Assembly: GCF_000025925.1 (NCBI RefSeq)
Contig: NC_014033.1
Span: 510,001 to 542,000 of the forward strand
From: Xylanibacter ruminicola 23
Lineage (GTDB): Bacteria; Bacteroidota; Bacteroidia; Bacteroidales; Bacteroidaceae
Reading direction: 5' to 3'
Length of the DNA stretch: 32,000 nt
In this document: one piece after another, positions 1-10,493 of the stretch
Numbering within the stretch: the first letter of the stretch is position 1
Layout of the letters: the number at the start of each line of letters is the position of its first letter
The notes under the pieces: generated by a model
Told to the model about the DNA's origin: nothing
The model's input: only the letters and a program-made list of their open reading frames with translations
Database searches by the model: none
Made by a program: the position numbers and the translations under genes

Positions 1-825
1 GAAGGCTGTAGCGCCCTCGTCCTTCAGAACGCGGCGCAGGGCAATCTCGGCCTTGGCTGCATTCTTCACCTTTTCCCAGTAAACCTCCTCGCCACTCTCA
101 TCAATCTTGATGGTGTAGAGTTTCTTGTACTCCTCAACCAGTTCGTCGGCTTCCTTATCGGTTACCTTCTTGAAATACTCCATCAGCGAGCTTACGGGGT
201 AGTAATCTACGTGGTAGCCCAGGCGCTGCTCGAACTCTACGCGGTCGCCATCGGTTACGGCTACGTTGTTCATGTTCATACCGAACATCAGGCAGCGCAC
301 GTTGTGAGCATCAGCCACACCTGCTGCCACGCGAGCCCAAACGGCAATCTGCTTCTGAGCCTTCTCGTCCTTCCAGTAGCCGCAAACCACCTTACGGGCT
401 ACACGCATGCGAGTGCAGATATGTCCGAACTCGATGTCGCCGTGAGCACTCTGGTTCAGGTTCATGAAGTCCATGTCGATCTCGTTCCAGGGGATTTCGG
501 CATTATACTGTGTGTGGAAGTGGCAGAGGGGCTTCTGCAGCTGCTGCAGACCCTTGATCCACATCTTGGCTGGTGAGAAGGTGTGCATCCATGTGATGAT
601 ACCCACGCACTTCTCGTCGTTGTTGGCAGCCAGCATCACCTGCTCTACTTCCTTTGAGCTGTTGGCTGTGCCTTTATATACAATCTTTACGGGGATGTTG
701 CCTGAAGCGTTCAAACCCTCAACCATCTCCTTTGAGTGACTGTCAACTGCAACTACAGCGTCGCCTCCGTACAGAAGCTGTGCGCCAGTTACCCACCAAA
801 TTTCAAAATTCTCAAAACCTTTCAT
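1..825 (-). CDS. araA: L-arabinose isomerase, N-terminal 275 codons (gene continues beyond window start)
   Basis: Own minus-strand translation from ATG at 825-823: MKGFENFEIWWVTGAQLLYGGDAVVAVDSHSKEMVEGLNASGNIPVKIVYKGTANSSKEVEQVMLAANNDEKCVGIITWMHTFSPAKMWIKGLQQ... The first ~95 codons (to ~541) were hand-checked and contain no stop. The ITWMHTFSPAKMWI block matches the conserved AraA N-terminal region. Absent from the ORF track because no stop lies in the window. Confidence 0.9.
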   Translation of the reverse strand, partial: MKGFENFEIWWVTGAQLLYGGDAVVAVDSHSKEMVEGLNASGNIPVKIVYKGTANSSKEVEQVMLAANNDEKCVGIITWMHTFSPAKMWIKGLQQLQKPLCHFHTQYNAEIPWNEIDMDFMNLNQSAHGDIEFGHICTRMRVARKVVCGYWKDEKAQKQIAVWARVAAGVADAHNVRCLMFGMNMNNVAVTDGDRVEFEQRLGYHVDYYPVSSLMEYFKKVTDKEADELVEEYKKLYTIKIDESGEEVYWEKVKNAAKAEIALRRVLKDEGATAF

Positions 826-864
826 ATTCTTAAGTTGTTATTAGTTAATAATGTATGATTCTTT

Positions 865-1575
865 TTAATGTTTCTGTCCCTTTTGGCCATAGTACGCGTT
901 GGGGCCGTGTTTGCGCATGTAATGCTTCTCAACCAGCAGCGGATTCATGGTGAGGTTGGGATTAACCGAGAAGGCTACGAAAGCCATCTTGGCACACTGC
1001 TCCATCACCTTGGCATTGTAAACGGCATTGTCGGGTGAGGTTCCCCATGAGAATGGACCGTGGTTCTTAACCAGCACAGCGGGCGTGTGATCAGGGTTTA
1101 TCTTACGGATGTTCAGAATCTCATCTACAATCACGTTACCAGTCTCCAACTCGTAGTTGCCCTTAACCTCTGCCTCGGTCATATCGCGGGTACAAGGGAT
1201 ATCCTTGTAGAAATAGTCGGCGTGAGTGGTGCCGATGTTAGGAATATCGCGACCTGCCTGAGCAAAAGCTGTGGCATAGGTAGAGTGGGTGTGAACCACG
1301 CCCTGGATGTTAGGGAATGCCTTATATAATACAAGGTGTGTAGGGGTATCCGACGAAGGGTTGAGATCACCCTCGACTACCTTACCACTCTCGAGATCAA
1401 CAACAACCATGTCGCTGGCTTTCATTACATCGTAGTCAACACCAGAGGGCTTGATAACAACAAGTCCTTTTTCACGGTCGATACCTGAGACATTACCCCA
1501 GGTAAAGATTACCAGGTTCTGCTTTACAAGGTCGAGATTTGCCTTGAATACTTTTTCTTTCAGTTCTTCTAACAT
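865..1575 (-). CDS. araD: L-ribulose-5-phosphate 4-epimerase
   Basis: 236 aa. Class II aldolase/epimerase pattern ([23 protein letters not shown]). ATG confirmed at 1575-1573. Lies directly upstream of araA on the same strand. Confidence 0.9.
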   Translation of the reverse strand: MLEELKEKVFKANLDLVKQNLVIFTWGNVSGIDREKGLVVIKPSGVDYDVMKASDMVVVDLESGKVVEGDLNPSSDTPTHLVLYKAFPNIQGVVHTHSTYATAFAQAGRDIPNIGTTHADYFYKDIPCTRDMTEAEVKGNYELETGNVIVDEILNIRKINPDHTPAVLVKNHGPFSWGTSPDNAVYNAKVMEQCAKMAFVAFSVNPNLTMNPLLVEKHYMRKHGPNAYYGQKGQKH

Positions 1576-1580
1576 TGTTC

Positions 1581-2255
1581 TTACAGTTTGAAATTTGAAT
1601 CTTCGTTATAAGCGCGCTTATTAAAACGATAGAGATAAGCGCCGCGTTTTGAACTTTTCTTGTCAATCAGTTCGGTCTTCTCAATGAAGTCCATCTCCTT
1701 GACACGCTTGCGGAAGTTGCGCTTGTCGAGCTCGGTGCCATAAACGGCCTCGTAGAGCGTCTGCAACTGGGTGAGCGTAAACAGATCGGGTAGCAGATTG
1801 AAGCCTACGGGTTCGTGCGACATTTTCTGCTGAACCAGCTTGCGAGCCTTGCTTACCATCTCGTTGTGGTCGGAATAAAGCTGTGGAATCTCCTCAACGT
1901 CGATCCACTCGGCTCCATGCTCCTGGCGCAGCTTGTCGTCGTAATCCATCACATTAATCAGGGCGTAGTACGAAATTGATACTACGCGCTCGCCTGGGTC
2001 GCGGTCCACCTTACCAAAGGCACCAATCTGGCGCATGTAGATGTTACGCAAGCCTGTCAGCTCAAAAAGTGTACGCGAAGCAGCTTCGTCCACACTTTCG
2101 GTGGCGCCAACGAAGCCTCCGTAGAGGCTCCATTCGCCACGTCCCGGGTCCATCTTGCGGCGACCGATCAATACCTTCAGCTTCTTTTCATCGAAACCGA
2201 AGATGATACAGTCGACCGACAACCAGACTTTTGAATGTTCGTTATAAAATGTCAT
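1581..2255 (-). CDS. Nudix-domain / winged-helix transcriptional regulator (NrtR family, AraR-like)
   Basis: 224 aa. Degenerate Nudix box [24 protein letters not shown], with RT and EL in place of the catalytic RE and EE. C-terminal wHTH-like segment [27 protein letters not shown]. Sits between araD and the symporter, as in the Bacteroides thetaiotaomicron arabinose operon. Confidence 0.75.
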   Translation of the reverse strand: MTFYNEHSKVWLSVDCIIFGFDEKKLKVLIGRRKMDPGRGEWSLYGGFVGATESVDEAASRTLFELTGLRNIYMRQIGAFGKVDRDPGERVVSISYYALINVMDYDDKLRQEHGAEWIDVEEIPQLYSDHNEMVSKARKLVQQKMSHEPVGFNLLPDLFTLTQLQTLYEAVYGTELDKRNFRKRVKEMDFIEKTELIDKKSSKRGAYLYRFNKRAYNEDSNFKL

Positions 2256-2270
2256 TTGCTTATTACTATT

Positions 2271-4016
2271 TTACCAGAAATAGAAGTAGAACGATGCACA
2301 CAGGCCGATAACAACGAGAGTTCCGATGATATCGAATGCACCCCAGCTCTCCTTGATTGACTGTTTGAAGTCGGAAGAGAAGGTGATGGCATCAATCTGC
2401 TCTTTCGAAGGTGCAGGTGTGAAGAAGCTTACAGCTACCATCAGCACGATGATGAACAGCAGCAGCCAGCACTCGAAAATGAGCCAGTTGGTCTGCCAGA
2501 ACCATGTGGTGGCATCCCAGAAAGCACCATCCATGGCTGCCTTACCCGATTCGGTAACAACGTTGGTAACCAAACGAACCATACCAATCAGGAAACCGCC
2601 AATCAGTCCCCACTCACCAGCCTTTGGTGTAATCTTCTTCGAGAAGATACCCAGGGTGAATACTGCTACCATCGCAGGAGCAATGAGCGACTGGATATCC
2701 TGCAGATAAGAGTAGAGGTTACCCATGTTCATCATGATAGGCATCCAAGCCAGACCCAACAGCACTACAACAACGGTAGCGCAGCGACCTACAAATACGT
2801 AGTGAGCCTCGCTCATACCCTTCTTCATGGGCTTGTAGAAATCCTCGGTAAACAAGGTGGCGCAGCTGTTGAAGAATGCGGCCAGCGAAGCTACCAGTGC
2901 ACATACGAAACCGATAGTTACGATACCCTTGATACCGGCAGGCAGAATGTTCTTAACCATCATGGCGAAAGCACCGTCAGTAGATTCGTGGTTCATGATA
3001 TCCATCTCGATACCGCTACCACTCTTCAGCGAGAGGGCATAGGCAATCATACCAGGAATCAGGAACATAAAGCAAGGCAGAATCTTGAAGAAACCGGCTG
3101 CGATAGTTCCGCGGCGGGCACGCTTCATCACCTCCTTATTGTCCTCGCCAGGAACCTGACCAAGTACACGCTGAACGATGTGCTGGTCGGTACACCAGTA
3201 CCAGAAACCAATGATCGAGGCACCCAGGAATACCACGTAGCCAGGGAACTGAGGATACATAGGATCGGCTGGGTCGGGGTGGAACATGTGAGTGGTTCCG
3301 AAACCATCGTGGGCTGCGTTACATACGCGCATCATCTCGCTCCATCCTGCGGTGATGCTGCCATCGCCCAGCATGTTCAGTCCGAGGAACAGAACCAGGA
3401 ACGAACCAACAATCAGGATAGGAGTCTGGATGGTTGAAAGGGTCATCACACCCTTCATACCACCGAATACGGTGAACACGGCGGTGATGGCAATCAGACC
3501 AATGGCACCATACCAGAAAGGTATGCCCAGCAAGAACTTGAAGAAGATACCACCGGTGAAAGCGGTTACCGACACCTTAGTGAGCACGTAGGCCACCAGG
3601 GTGATGATACTGAGCCAAGAACCTGTGCGCTGAGTGTAGCGGAACTTCAGGAAGTCGGGCATCGTGATAATCTTACCCATCTTGTTGATGAGCAGCTGAT
3701 AGAAAGGTACGAACAGCCAACCCAGAATCAGGATCATCCAACCCTGCATCTCCCAGTGAGCCATACCCACACCATCCTTTGCTCCTGTACCGGCCAGACC
3801 TACCAGGTGCTCTGAACCGATGTTGGCGGCAAAGATGGCCATACCAATTACATACCATGGCTCACCCTTACCAAAAAGGTAAGCCGAAGAATCCTCGCCC
3901 TGCTGGGCTTTCTTGTCTTTCCAGATGGCATACCATACGGCTGCCACCACTCCACATAGGCCGACGATGAGTACAACCCAGTCGAGCCAGATAAATTCAT
4001 GTGAACTCCAATTCAT
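2271..4016 (-). CDS. Sodium:solute symporter (SSS/SGLT family), probable pentose transporter
   Basis: 581 aa polytopic protein with SSS-type segments (GAANIGSEHLVGLAGTGA, WYWCTDQHIVQRVL). Arabinose operon context. Confidence 0.85.
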   Translation of the reverse strand: MNWSSHEFIWLDWVVLIVGLCGVVAAVWYAIWKDKKAQQGEDSSAYLFGKGEPWYVIGMAIFAANIGSEHLVGLAGTGAKDGVGMAHWEMQGWMILILGWLFVPFYQLLINKMGKIITMPDFLKFRYTQRTGSWLSIITLVAYVLTKVSVTAFTGGIFFKFLLGIPFWYGAIGLIAITAVFTVFGGMKGVMTLSTIQTPILIVGSFLVLFLGLNMLGDGSITAGWSEMMRVCNAAHDGFGTTHMFHPDPADPMYPQFPGYVVFLGASIIGFWYWCTDQHIVQRVLGQVPGEDNKEVMKRARRGTIAAGFFKILPCFMFLIPGMIAYALSLKSGSGIEMDIMNHESTDGAFAMMVKNILPAGIKGIVTIGFVCALVASLAAFFNSCATLFTEDFYKPMKKGMSEAHYVFVGRCATVVVVLLGLAWMPIMMNMGNLYSYLQDIQSLIAPAMVAVFTLGIFSKKITPKAGEWGLIGGFLIGMVRLVTNVVTESGKAAMDGAFWDATTWFWQTNWLIFECWLLLFIIVLMVAVSFFTPAPSKEQIDAITFSSDFKQSIKESWGAFDIIGTLVVIGLCASFYFYFW

Positions 4017-4051
4017 GGAAATAAAATTTGATATTAGTTAATAATTAATAG

Positions 4052-4079
4052 AATTGTCAATTATCAATTGTCAATTGCC
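4052..4079. repeat. Tandem heptamer array AATTGTC AATTATC AATTGTC AATTGCC (4 units)
   Basis: Read directly from the sequence. Lies in the spacer between the mutarotase stop (4095) and the symporter start (4016). Same unit and orientation as the arrays at 11657 and 12330. Confidence 0.9.
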
Positions 4080-4094
4080 AACAGCTACAAGTTC

Positions 4095-5273
4095 TCACTT
4101 AATTGAGAACTTGTAAGCTGCATGACTGTAATACTTCTCGCCTGGGTTCAGGGTTGGCTGTACCCACTCAGGATGGTTAGGTGAGTCGGGATACTTCTGG
4201 CTCTCCAAGCAAACACTCACGTGCTTTGGATAGGTGATGCCATGCTTGCGGGCGATGTCCTTATCGGCACCTACACCCTGGAAGTTACCGCTGTAAACCT
4301 GTACACCTGGCTCGTTGGTAAACATCTCCATCAGGATACCTGTCTTGGGGCTGTAGAGGCTGGCGCAAACCTGTGTGTCGTCGCCCTTACCGTCCTTGAA
4401 GGTGTTCAGACAGTAGTTGTGGTCGTAACCTGTAGCGTTCTGAATCTGGTCGAACTGCGAGTTGATGCTGTCGCCCAGAGCGTGTGGCTGACGGAAGTCC
4501 ATTGGAGTGCCCTCAACCGACTTGATCTCGCCTGTGGGGATATAAAGCTTGTCGCTGGGAGTAAAGTTATCAGCGTTTACATACAGTACCATGTCGTAAG
4601 CGGGCTGTGTAAAGTCGCCGCTCAGGTTGTAGTAGTTGTGGTTGGTCTGGTTAATGATAGTTGGCTTGTCGGTCTCAGCCTCCCAAGTCATATCCAGCAC
4701 ATTGTCGGCTGTAAGCTTGTAGGTGGTAACAGCCATTACCTTGCCGGGGAATCCGTTTTCGCCATCAGCAGCTACGATGGTGAGCTTCAGGATTGAGTCG
4801 CCAATCTGCTCTGCCTCGTAAACCTGGTGCATCCAACCGGTGTTGCCACCGCCGTGCAGCGAGTTAGGACCATCGTTGGTGCGCAGCTGTACGGTGTCGC
4901 CCTTCAGCAGGAACTGTCCGTTCTTGATGCGGTTAGCATAACGACCTACGCTTGAGCCGTAATCAGATGGGGTGTTGATGGTATCGGCATACTGAGCGAT
5001 GTTGTCGAATCCGAGAACAACGTCGGTTGGCTTACCATCCTTGTCGGGAACTACCAGCGATACGATACGGGCACCGTAGTTAGTGATGCAAACCTCCATA
5101 CCATTCTCGTTCTTCAGTGTGTAAAGCTTAACTGGCTTTGACTGAATAGTAGTGTCGAACTTGGCTGGGTTCAAACCCGATACCGTGAGCTGTGGAGCCT
5201 GCTGGCTTCCTGCACATGAGAGCATCAGTGCAGCTGCACCAACTCCCATCAATGTTGCTTTCAATGCTTTCAT
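4095..5273 (-). CDS. Aldose 1-epimerase (mutarotase) with lipoprotein-type signal peptide
   Basis: 392 aa. N-terminus MKALKATLMGVGAAALMLSCAGS has a lipobox-like LSC. Mutarotase blocks GRYANRI, LHGG, TNHNYYNL, DHNY. Confidence 0.85.
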   Translation of the reverse strand: MKALKATLMGVGAAALMLSCAGSQQAPQLTVSGLNPAKFDTTIQSKPVKLYTLKNENGMEVCITNYGARIVSLVVPDKDGKPTDVVLGFDNIAQYADTINTPSDYGSSVGRYANRIKNGQFLLKGDTVQLRTNDGPNSLHGGGNTGWMHQVYEAEQIGDSILKLTIVAADGENGFPGKVMAVTTYKLTADNVLDMTWEAETDKPTIINQTNHNYYNLSGDFTQPAYDMVLYVNADNFTPSDKLYIPTGEIKSVEGTPMDFRQPHALGDSINSQFDQIQNATGYDHNYCLNTFKDGKGDDTQVCASLYSPKTGILMEMFTNEPGVQVYSGNFQGVGADKDIARKHGITYPKHVSVCLESQKYPDSPNHPEWVQPTLNPGEKYYSHAAYKFSIK

Positions 5274-5363
5274 TGTTTTACTTGTTTTTAATTATTACGT
5301 TATTGTTAATGCTAATTTGGGTGTAAAATTACAATTATAATTTGAACTAACAAACAAAAATGC

Positions 5364-5402
5364 AAAAAAAATAAGGAGTAAGGTGTAAAAAACACACCTT
5401 AC
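5364..5402 (-). terminator. Rho-independent terminator downstream of galK
   Basis: On the minus strand: GTAAGGTGT (5402-5394), 7-nt loop, ACACCTTAC (5386-5378), then TCCTTA and T8 (complement of the A8 run at 5364-5371). Located 54 nt after the galK stop. Confidence 0.75.
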
Positions 5403-5455
5403 CCCCAATATTTAACCTTTATAAACACAAAAATGTGTTTTTTGTTGGTTTGGAG

Positions 5456-6619
5456 TTAGCAAATTCTGCGTGAACCGTCGCCGATTACTACATCGTAAAC
5501 CTTTGGCTCGTGTCCGTACTTAGCGTTGAACTTTGCCTTAGCGTCGTCGATGAACTTCTTGTAGAGATCGTTGCGAACCAGGTTGATGGTGCAGCCACCA
5601 AAGCCGCCACCCATGATACGTGAACCGGTTACACCGTTCTCCTTAGCGATATCGTTCAAGAAGTCGAGCTCCTCGCAAGATACCTCATAATCCTTCGACA
5701 GACCAGCGTGAGTCTGATACATCAGCTCACCAACCTTCTCGTAGTCGCCCTCGTTCAGTGCGTCGCAAACTGCCAGTACGCGGTCCTTCTCACCGAGAAC
5801 GAACTTAGCGCGCTTGTAGTCCTCTTCGCCTACCTCGGCACGAACCTCATCCAGCTGCTCCCATGTGCAGTCGCGCAGGGTCTCGAACTTACCCTCTGGG
5901 TGCTTAGCCTGAATGTGCTTTACTACGTTTTCGCAGCTGTTGCGGCGATCGTTGTAAGGCGAACCTGCCAGCTGGTGCTTAACTACTGAGTCGAGCAGTA
6001 CCAGACGGTAGCCATCGGGCTTGAATGGGAAGTACTCAAACTCGCGGCTGCGGCAGTCGAGGCGCATCAGGCAACCAGCCTTACCGAATACTGAGGCAAA
6101 CTGGTCCATGATACCACAGTTAACACCGCAGTAGTTGTGCTCGGTAGCCTGACCGGCCAGTACCATATCCCACTGCGAAACCTTGTTGTCGCCGAAGATA
6201 TCGTTCAAACCACAGGCAAAGCAGCTCTCCATAGCGGCTGATGATGACATACCAGCACCAAGGGGAACGTCGCCGGCAAAAGCGATGTTGAAGCCCTTAA
6301 CGGGAACACCCAGCTTCTTCATCTCCAGAGCGATACCATAGATGTAACGAGCCCAAGAGGCCTTAGGACCTGCAGGGTCAGAGAGCTTGAAGTCAACGCG
6401 GTCCTTCAGGTCGATAGCGTATGCCATCACAGTGTCGTCGGTACCATTAGCACGCATTTCGGCTACAATACCTTTATCGACAGCACCTGGGAACACGAAA
6501 CCACCATTGTAGTCGGTGTGCTCACCAATCAGGTTAATACGTCCGGGAGATGCATATACGTTACCAGTCTTTCCATCAAAGTGCTTGATGAAGCGGCTTC
6601 TTACAAATTCAATGTCCAT
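5456..6619 (-). CDS. galK: Galactokinase
   Basis: 387 aa. Galactokinase signature GRINLIGEHTDYNGG and GHMP ATP motif PLGAGMSSSAA. Confidence 0.95.
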   Translation of the reverse strand: MDIEFVRSRFIKHFDGKTGNVYASPGRINLIGEHTDYNGGFVFPGAVDKGIVAEMRANGTDDTVMAYAIDLKDRVDFKLSDPAGPKASWARYIYGIALEMKKLGVPVKGFNIAFAGDVPLGAGMSSSAAMESCFACGLNDIFGDNKVSQWDMVLAGQATEHNYCGVNCGIMDQFASVFGKAGCLMRLDCRSREFEYFPFKPDGYRLVLLDSVVKHQLAGSPYNDRRNSCENVVKHIQAKHPEGKFETLRDCTWEQLDEVRAEVGEEDYKRAKFVLGEKDRVLAVCDALNEGDYEKVGELMYQTHAGLSKDYEVSCEELDFLNDIAKENGVTGSRIMGGGFGGCTINLVRNDLYKKFIDDAKAKFNAKYGHEPKVYDVVIGDGSRRIC

Positions 6620-6645
6620 AAGCTTTAAAATTTAAAGGGTTAATA

Positions 6646-7923
6646 TTAATCGACTTTGATGTCCTGATTCACGTTCTTGCAACCTACGAGTGCGTAGAAC
6701 AGAATATAGGCCAACATAGCGATGACGAGCCAGTAGCTGAAGATAGGACCGGCTGACTTGGCGATAGCCTCCTGAAGGAGAGGCATCACACCACCACCAA
6801 CAACCATTGTCATGAATATACCCGAGGCAGCCTCAGTGTACTTGCCTAGTCCCTCAACCGAGAGGTTGAAGATACCACCCCACATGATTGAGGTGCAGAG
6901 ACCGCAAGCAGGAATCAGGAAGGCCTTGGCAGGTACGTCGTGACCGTTGAACGAGATAGTCACATCCTCGGGCATAAAGATGGCAATAACCAGCAGCAGG
7001 ATAGCAACTGCGCTAACTGTTGACAGCTGCAGCTTGGTAGAAACCTTACCAGAGATAGCACTCGAGCAAGCACGACCAATCATCATGAGCAACCAGTAGG
7101 CAGCAGCCAGTGTACCACCGATGGCGGCTGCACCTTCGAAACCAAGATCGGTTACGTAGAAGTTCAGCTCCATAGGAATTCCAATCTCGATACCTACATA
7201 GAAGAAGATAGCGATAACACCCAGCACGCAGTGGCGGAAAGCCAGAGGGCTACGCTCGTACTTAGGAGCAACCTTGCCGAGGGTGGGCTCTGGAATTGTA
7301 ACACGGCTGATGATCACAAAAGAGATGGCGAATACGGCAATACCGATAAACAGCAGAGGAGCCACGTCGCTCATGCTGGTGTCGGCTGTAACAGTACCTA
7401 CCAGCCATCCTGCCAGCAGCGGGGTGAGTGTACCGGTCAGCGAGTTCAGTGTACCTCCCACCTGAATGAGCTGGTTACCCTTGTTGCCTCCACCTCCGAG
7501 AAGGTTCAGCATGGGGTTTACCACCGTGTTGAGCATACATACGCAGAAACCGCAGATGAATGCACCAAGCAGGTAGATAACCAGGTTGAGGGCTACAGGA
7601 ATGCTATCGTATGTGAATACGTAAGTACCTGCGCCTACCAGGCTTGAGAGATACTGGAAACACAAACCAACGATACCCACGATCAGAGCAATCAGGGCTG
7701 TCTTTTTGTATCCGTATTTCGTAAGCATTTTACCTGCAGGTATTCCCATAAACAGGTAAGCCGCAAAGTTCATCAGGTTACCCCAAGCTTTGGCAAAAGG
7801 ATACTCGAAACCCCAGATGTTGCCAAAGGGAGCGCCCATGTTAGTTACAAAGCTGATCATCGCGAAGATGAAGCACATAGTGACAATGGCAATCACCTTG
7901 CCATTCTTGTTTGTTTCAGTCAT
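6646..7923 (-). CDS. MFS sugar transporter (glucose/galactose-fucose permease-like)
   Basis: 425 aa with about 12 hydrophobic segments. Sandwiched between galM and galK with 26-36 nt spacers, suggesting an operon. Confidence 0.75.
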   Translation of the reverse strand: MTETNKNGKVIAIVTMCFIFAMISFVTNMGAPFGNIWGFEYPFAKAWGNLMNFAAYLFMGIPAGKMLTKYGYKKTALIALIVGIVGLCFQYLSSLVGAGTYVFTYDSIPVALNLVIYLLGAFICGFCVCMLNTVVNPMLNLLGGGGNKGNQLIQVGGTLNSLTGTLTPLLAGWLVGTVTADTSMSDVAPLLFIGIAVFAISFVIISRVTIPEPTLGKVAPKYERSPLAFRHCVLGVIAIFFYVGIEIGIPMELNFYVTDLGFEGAAAIGGTLAAAYWLLMMIGRACSSAISGKVSTKLQLSTVSAVAILLLVIAIFMPEDVTISFNGHDVPAKAFLIPACGLCTSIMWGGIFNLSVEGLGKYTEAASGIFMTMVVGGGVMPLLQEAIAKSAGPIFSYWLVIAMLAYILFYALVGCKNVNQDIKVD

Positions 7924-7959
7924 ATTTGTCGTCTATTTATTTTAAATGTTGGATAATTT

Positions 7960-9051
7960 CTACTCTACCACTCCAAAGCGGTATACGGTCTTCTGCTTGT
8001 AGCGCTGTCCTGGATTCAGAACCACACTTGGGAAGTATGGACGGTTAGGTGAATCGGGGAAGTGCTGGGCCTCGAAGCAGACAGCTGAACGATGTGGGAA
8101 GGTGCAACCATTAGCGCCCTTATAGCCGCTCAGGAAGTTACCTGTGTAAAGCTGCAGGCCTGGCTCGGTGGTGTAAACCTCCATAGTACGGCCGCTCTTT
8201 GGGTCGGTAACCTTGGCAGCGAATGAGAGCTCGCCCTCTTCCTGCTTGTTCAGTACGTAGTTGTGGTCGAAACCGTGTCCGAACTTAATCTGCTCGTGAT
8301 CGGCGTTGATGTCCTGTCCGAATGCCTTTGGCTTGCGGAAGTCGAATGGAGTGCCCTCAACCTTCAGGATCTCACCTGTTGGGATAGCAGTAGCGTCGGT
8401 AGGCAGATAGAAGTCGGCATTGATCTCGCAAATCTGATCGTCGATACTTGGTGTTGGATCGGCAGTACCAGCCAGTGAGAAGAAGGCGTGGTGTGTCAGA
8501 TTAACGATTGTCTTCTTGTTGGTAGTAGCCAGGTACTCGATTACCAGTTCGTTGTTGTCGGTAAAGGTAAATTCTACTGTTACATCCAGCTCGCCTGTGA
8601 AACCTTCCTCACCATAAGAAGAGATACGGTGCAGAGCCAAAGAGCGAGGACCCATCTGACGGGCGTCCCAAACCTTAGCGTTGAAACCTACTGAACCGCC
8701 GTGCAGGTGGTTAGGTCCATCGTTAAGAGCCAGCTGGTACTCCTTGCCGTTCAGAATGAACTGGCCTTTGCAGATACGGTTACCCCAACGGCCGATCAGA
8801 GTCGACAGATAAGGCTCGTTTCCGCTGGTCAGCTGCTCGATGCTGTCGTGACCCTGGATAACGTTAGCTACTTTACCATCCTTGCCGGGAACCATAATAG
8901 CACAAATGGCACCGCCATAGTTTGAGATGGCAACTTCGAATCCTTTACGGTTTCTAAGAATATACAAGTCGGTTTTTTTACCGTTAATAGTGGCCTGGAA
9001 GTTCTCACGCTTCAAGCCGCACAGATTCACTGTCTCTGTAGTGTTCGCCAT
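7960..9051 (-). CDS. galM: Aldose 1-epimerase (galactose mutarotase), cytoplasmic type
   Basis: 363 aa with no signal peptide. Motifs GRWGNRI, NHLHGG, LTHHAFF, DHNYVL. Confidence 0.9.
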   Translation of the reverse strand: MANTTETVNLCGLKRENFQATINGKKTDLYILRNRKGFEVAISNYGGAICAIMVPGKDGKVANVIQGHDSIEQLTSGNEPYLSTLIGRWGNRICKGQFILNGKEYQLALNDGPNHLHGGSVGFNAKVWDARQMGPRSLALHRISSYGEEGFTGELDVTVEFTFTDNNELVIEYLATTNKKTIVNLTHHAFFSLAGTADPTPSIDDQICEINADFYLPTDATAIPTGEILKVEGTPFDFRKPKAFGQDINADHEQIKFGHGFDHNYVLNKQEEGELSFAAKVTDPKSGRTMEVYTTEPGLQLYTGNFLSGYKGANGCTFPHRSAVCFEAQHFPDSPNRPYFPSVVLNPGQRYKQKTVYRFGVVE

Positions 9052-9158
9052 ATGAATATGTTTATTAGTTAAAAATTAATTTTCTGCAAAGTAACAGAAA
9101 AAAAATCAAACTAACGAACGTTTCAGCGAAAAAAAAGTTTTTGCAGTCTTAAAAAAAT

Positions 9159-10472
9159 CTAAATACAGTTCTTTAGCAGGTCAGCTACCACATAACTGCT
9201 ACCTCCAACGAACACAAAGTCGTTATTCTCGGCTGCAGCTTTAGCTGCCTCGTAAGCCGATTTTACATCGGGATAGGCCTCGCCTTGCAGCTCCATAGTC
9301 TGGGCATAGAGCTTCAGAACGTTCTCCGAAACGGCACGTTTATTGTTCGCTTTTGTAAAATAATAGGTAGCATTCTTGGGCAGTAATGCCAACACACCCT
9401 GTATGTCTTTATCGTCAACCATACCGAATACAATGTGCATATGATTGCACTTTACCGACTTGAGCTGCTCGCTCAGATAAGTCCAACCTGGCACATTATG
9501 ACCGGTATCGCAGATGGTGAGTGGGGCCTCGCTGATCTTCTGCCAACGTCCCTTCAGGCCTGTCAGGTTGCAAACATGCAGGAATCCCTGTCGCACCTCG
9601 CGGTTCATGCAGGGCTTATTAGTCTCGCATGGGCATGCGTGCATATAACCCAGAGCCTCCAGCTGCTGTACGGCGCAAAGAATGGTATTGGTGTTCTTTT
9701 CCTGATAGCTGCCACCCAGCTCGCCCTTGATAATGCCAAAGTCCTTGGTGTTGTACTCAAAGCCTGCAGCACTGTTCGAGGCCGAGATAATCTGGTTGTG
9801 CTCCTCGGCAAATACGATAGGGGCGTGGTTCTCAACGGCAACAGTCTCGAATACCATACGTGTTTCGGGTGTGGTCTCGCCAATAACTACGGGCACATCC
9901 TTCTTGATGATACCTGCTTTCTCCATGGCAATCTGTTCGAGCGAATTGCCCAGGAACTGCGTGTGGTCCATACCGATATTGGTAATTACGGATAGGGCAG
10001 GGGTGATGATGTTGGTGCAGTCTAATCGGCCGCCCAATCCAACCTCGATCACGGCGATATCCACCTTCATCTCAGCAAAATACTTAAAAGCCAGTGCAGT
10101 GGTAAGCTCGAAGAACGAGGGTTTGATGGGCTCGAAGAAACTCTTCTCCTTCTCCACAAAGTCGATCACGTATTCCTCGCTGATGGGTTGACCGTTTACG
10201 CGGATGCGCTCGCTGAAGTCAACCAGATGTGGCGATGTGTACAAACCTACGCGATAGCCACACATCTGTAAAATAGCAGAAAGCGTGTGAGCACACGACC
10301 CCTTTCCGTTAGTACCAGCCACATGAATAGTAACATACTTTTGATGTGGATGACCGAAATGTTTGTCGAGTGCATGACTGTTTTCCAGTCCTTCCTTATA
10401 TCCGCCTGCTCCCTGACGCTCGAACATGGGTAGCTGACTGTAAAGGTATTCACACGTTTCCTGATAAGTCAT
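9159..10472 (-). CDS. folC: Folylpolyglutamate synthase / dihydrofolate synthase
   Basis: 437 aa. Mur-ligase P-loop HVAGTNGKGS and FolC-typical TSPHLVDFSERI. Confidence 0.9.
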   Translation of the reverse strand: MTYQETCEYLYSQLPMFERQGAGGYKEGLENSHALDKHFGHPHQKYVTIHVAGTNGKGSCAHTLSAILQMCGYRVGLYTSPHLVDFSERIRVNGQPISEEYVIDFVEKEKSFFEPIKPSFFELTTALAFKYFAEMKVDIAVIEVGLGGRLDCTNIITPALSVITNIGMDHTQFLGNSLEQIAMEKAGIIKKDVPVVIGETTPETRMVFETVAVENHAPIVFAEEHNQIISASNSAAGFEYNTKDFGIIKGELGGSYQEKNTNTILCAVQQLEALGYMHACPCETNKPCMNREVRQGFLHVCNLTGLKGRWQKISEAPLTICDTGHNVPGWTYLSEQLKSVKCNHMHIVFGMVDDKDIQGVLALLPKNATYYFTKANNKRAVSENVLKLYAQTMELQGEAYPDVKSAYEAAKAAAENNDFVFVGGSSYVVADLLKNCI

Positions 10473-10493
10473 AGCTTTATACCTTATTATATA

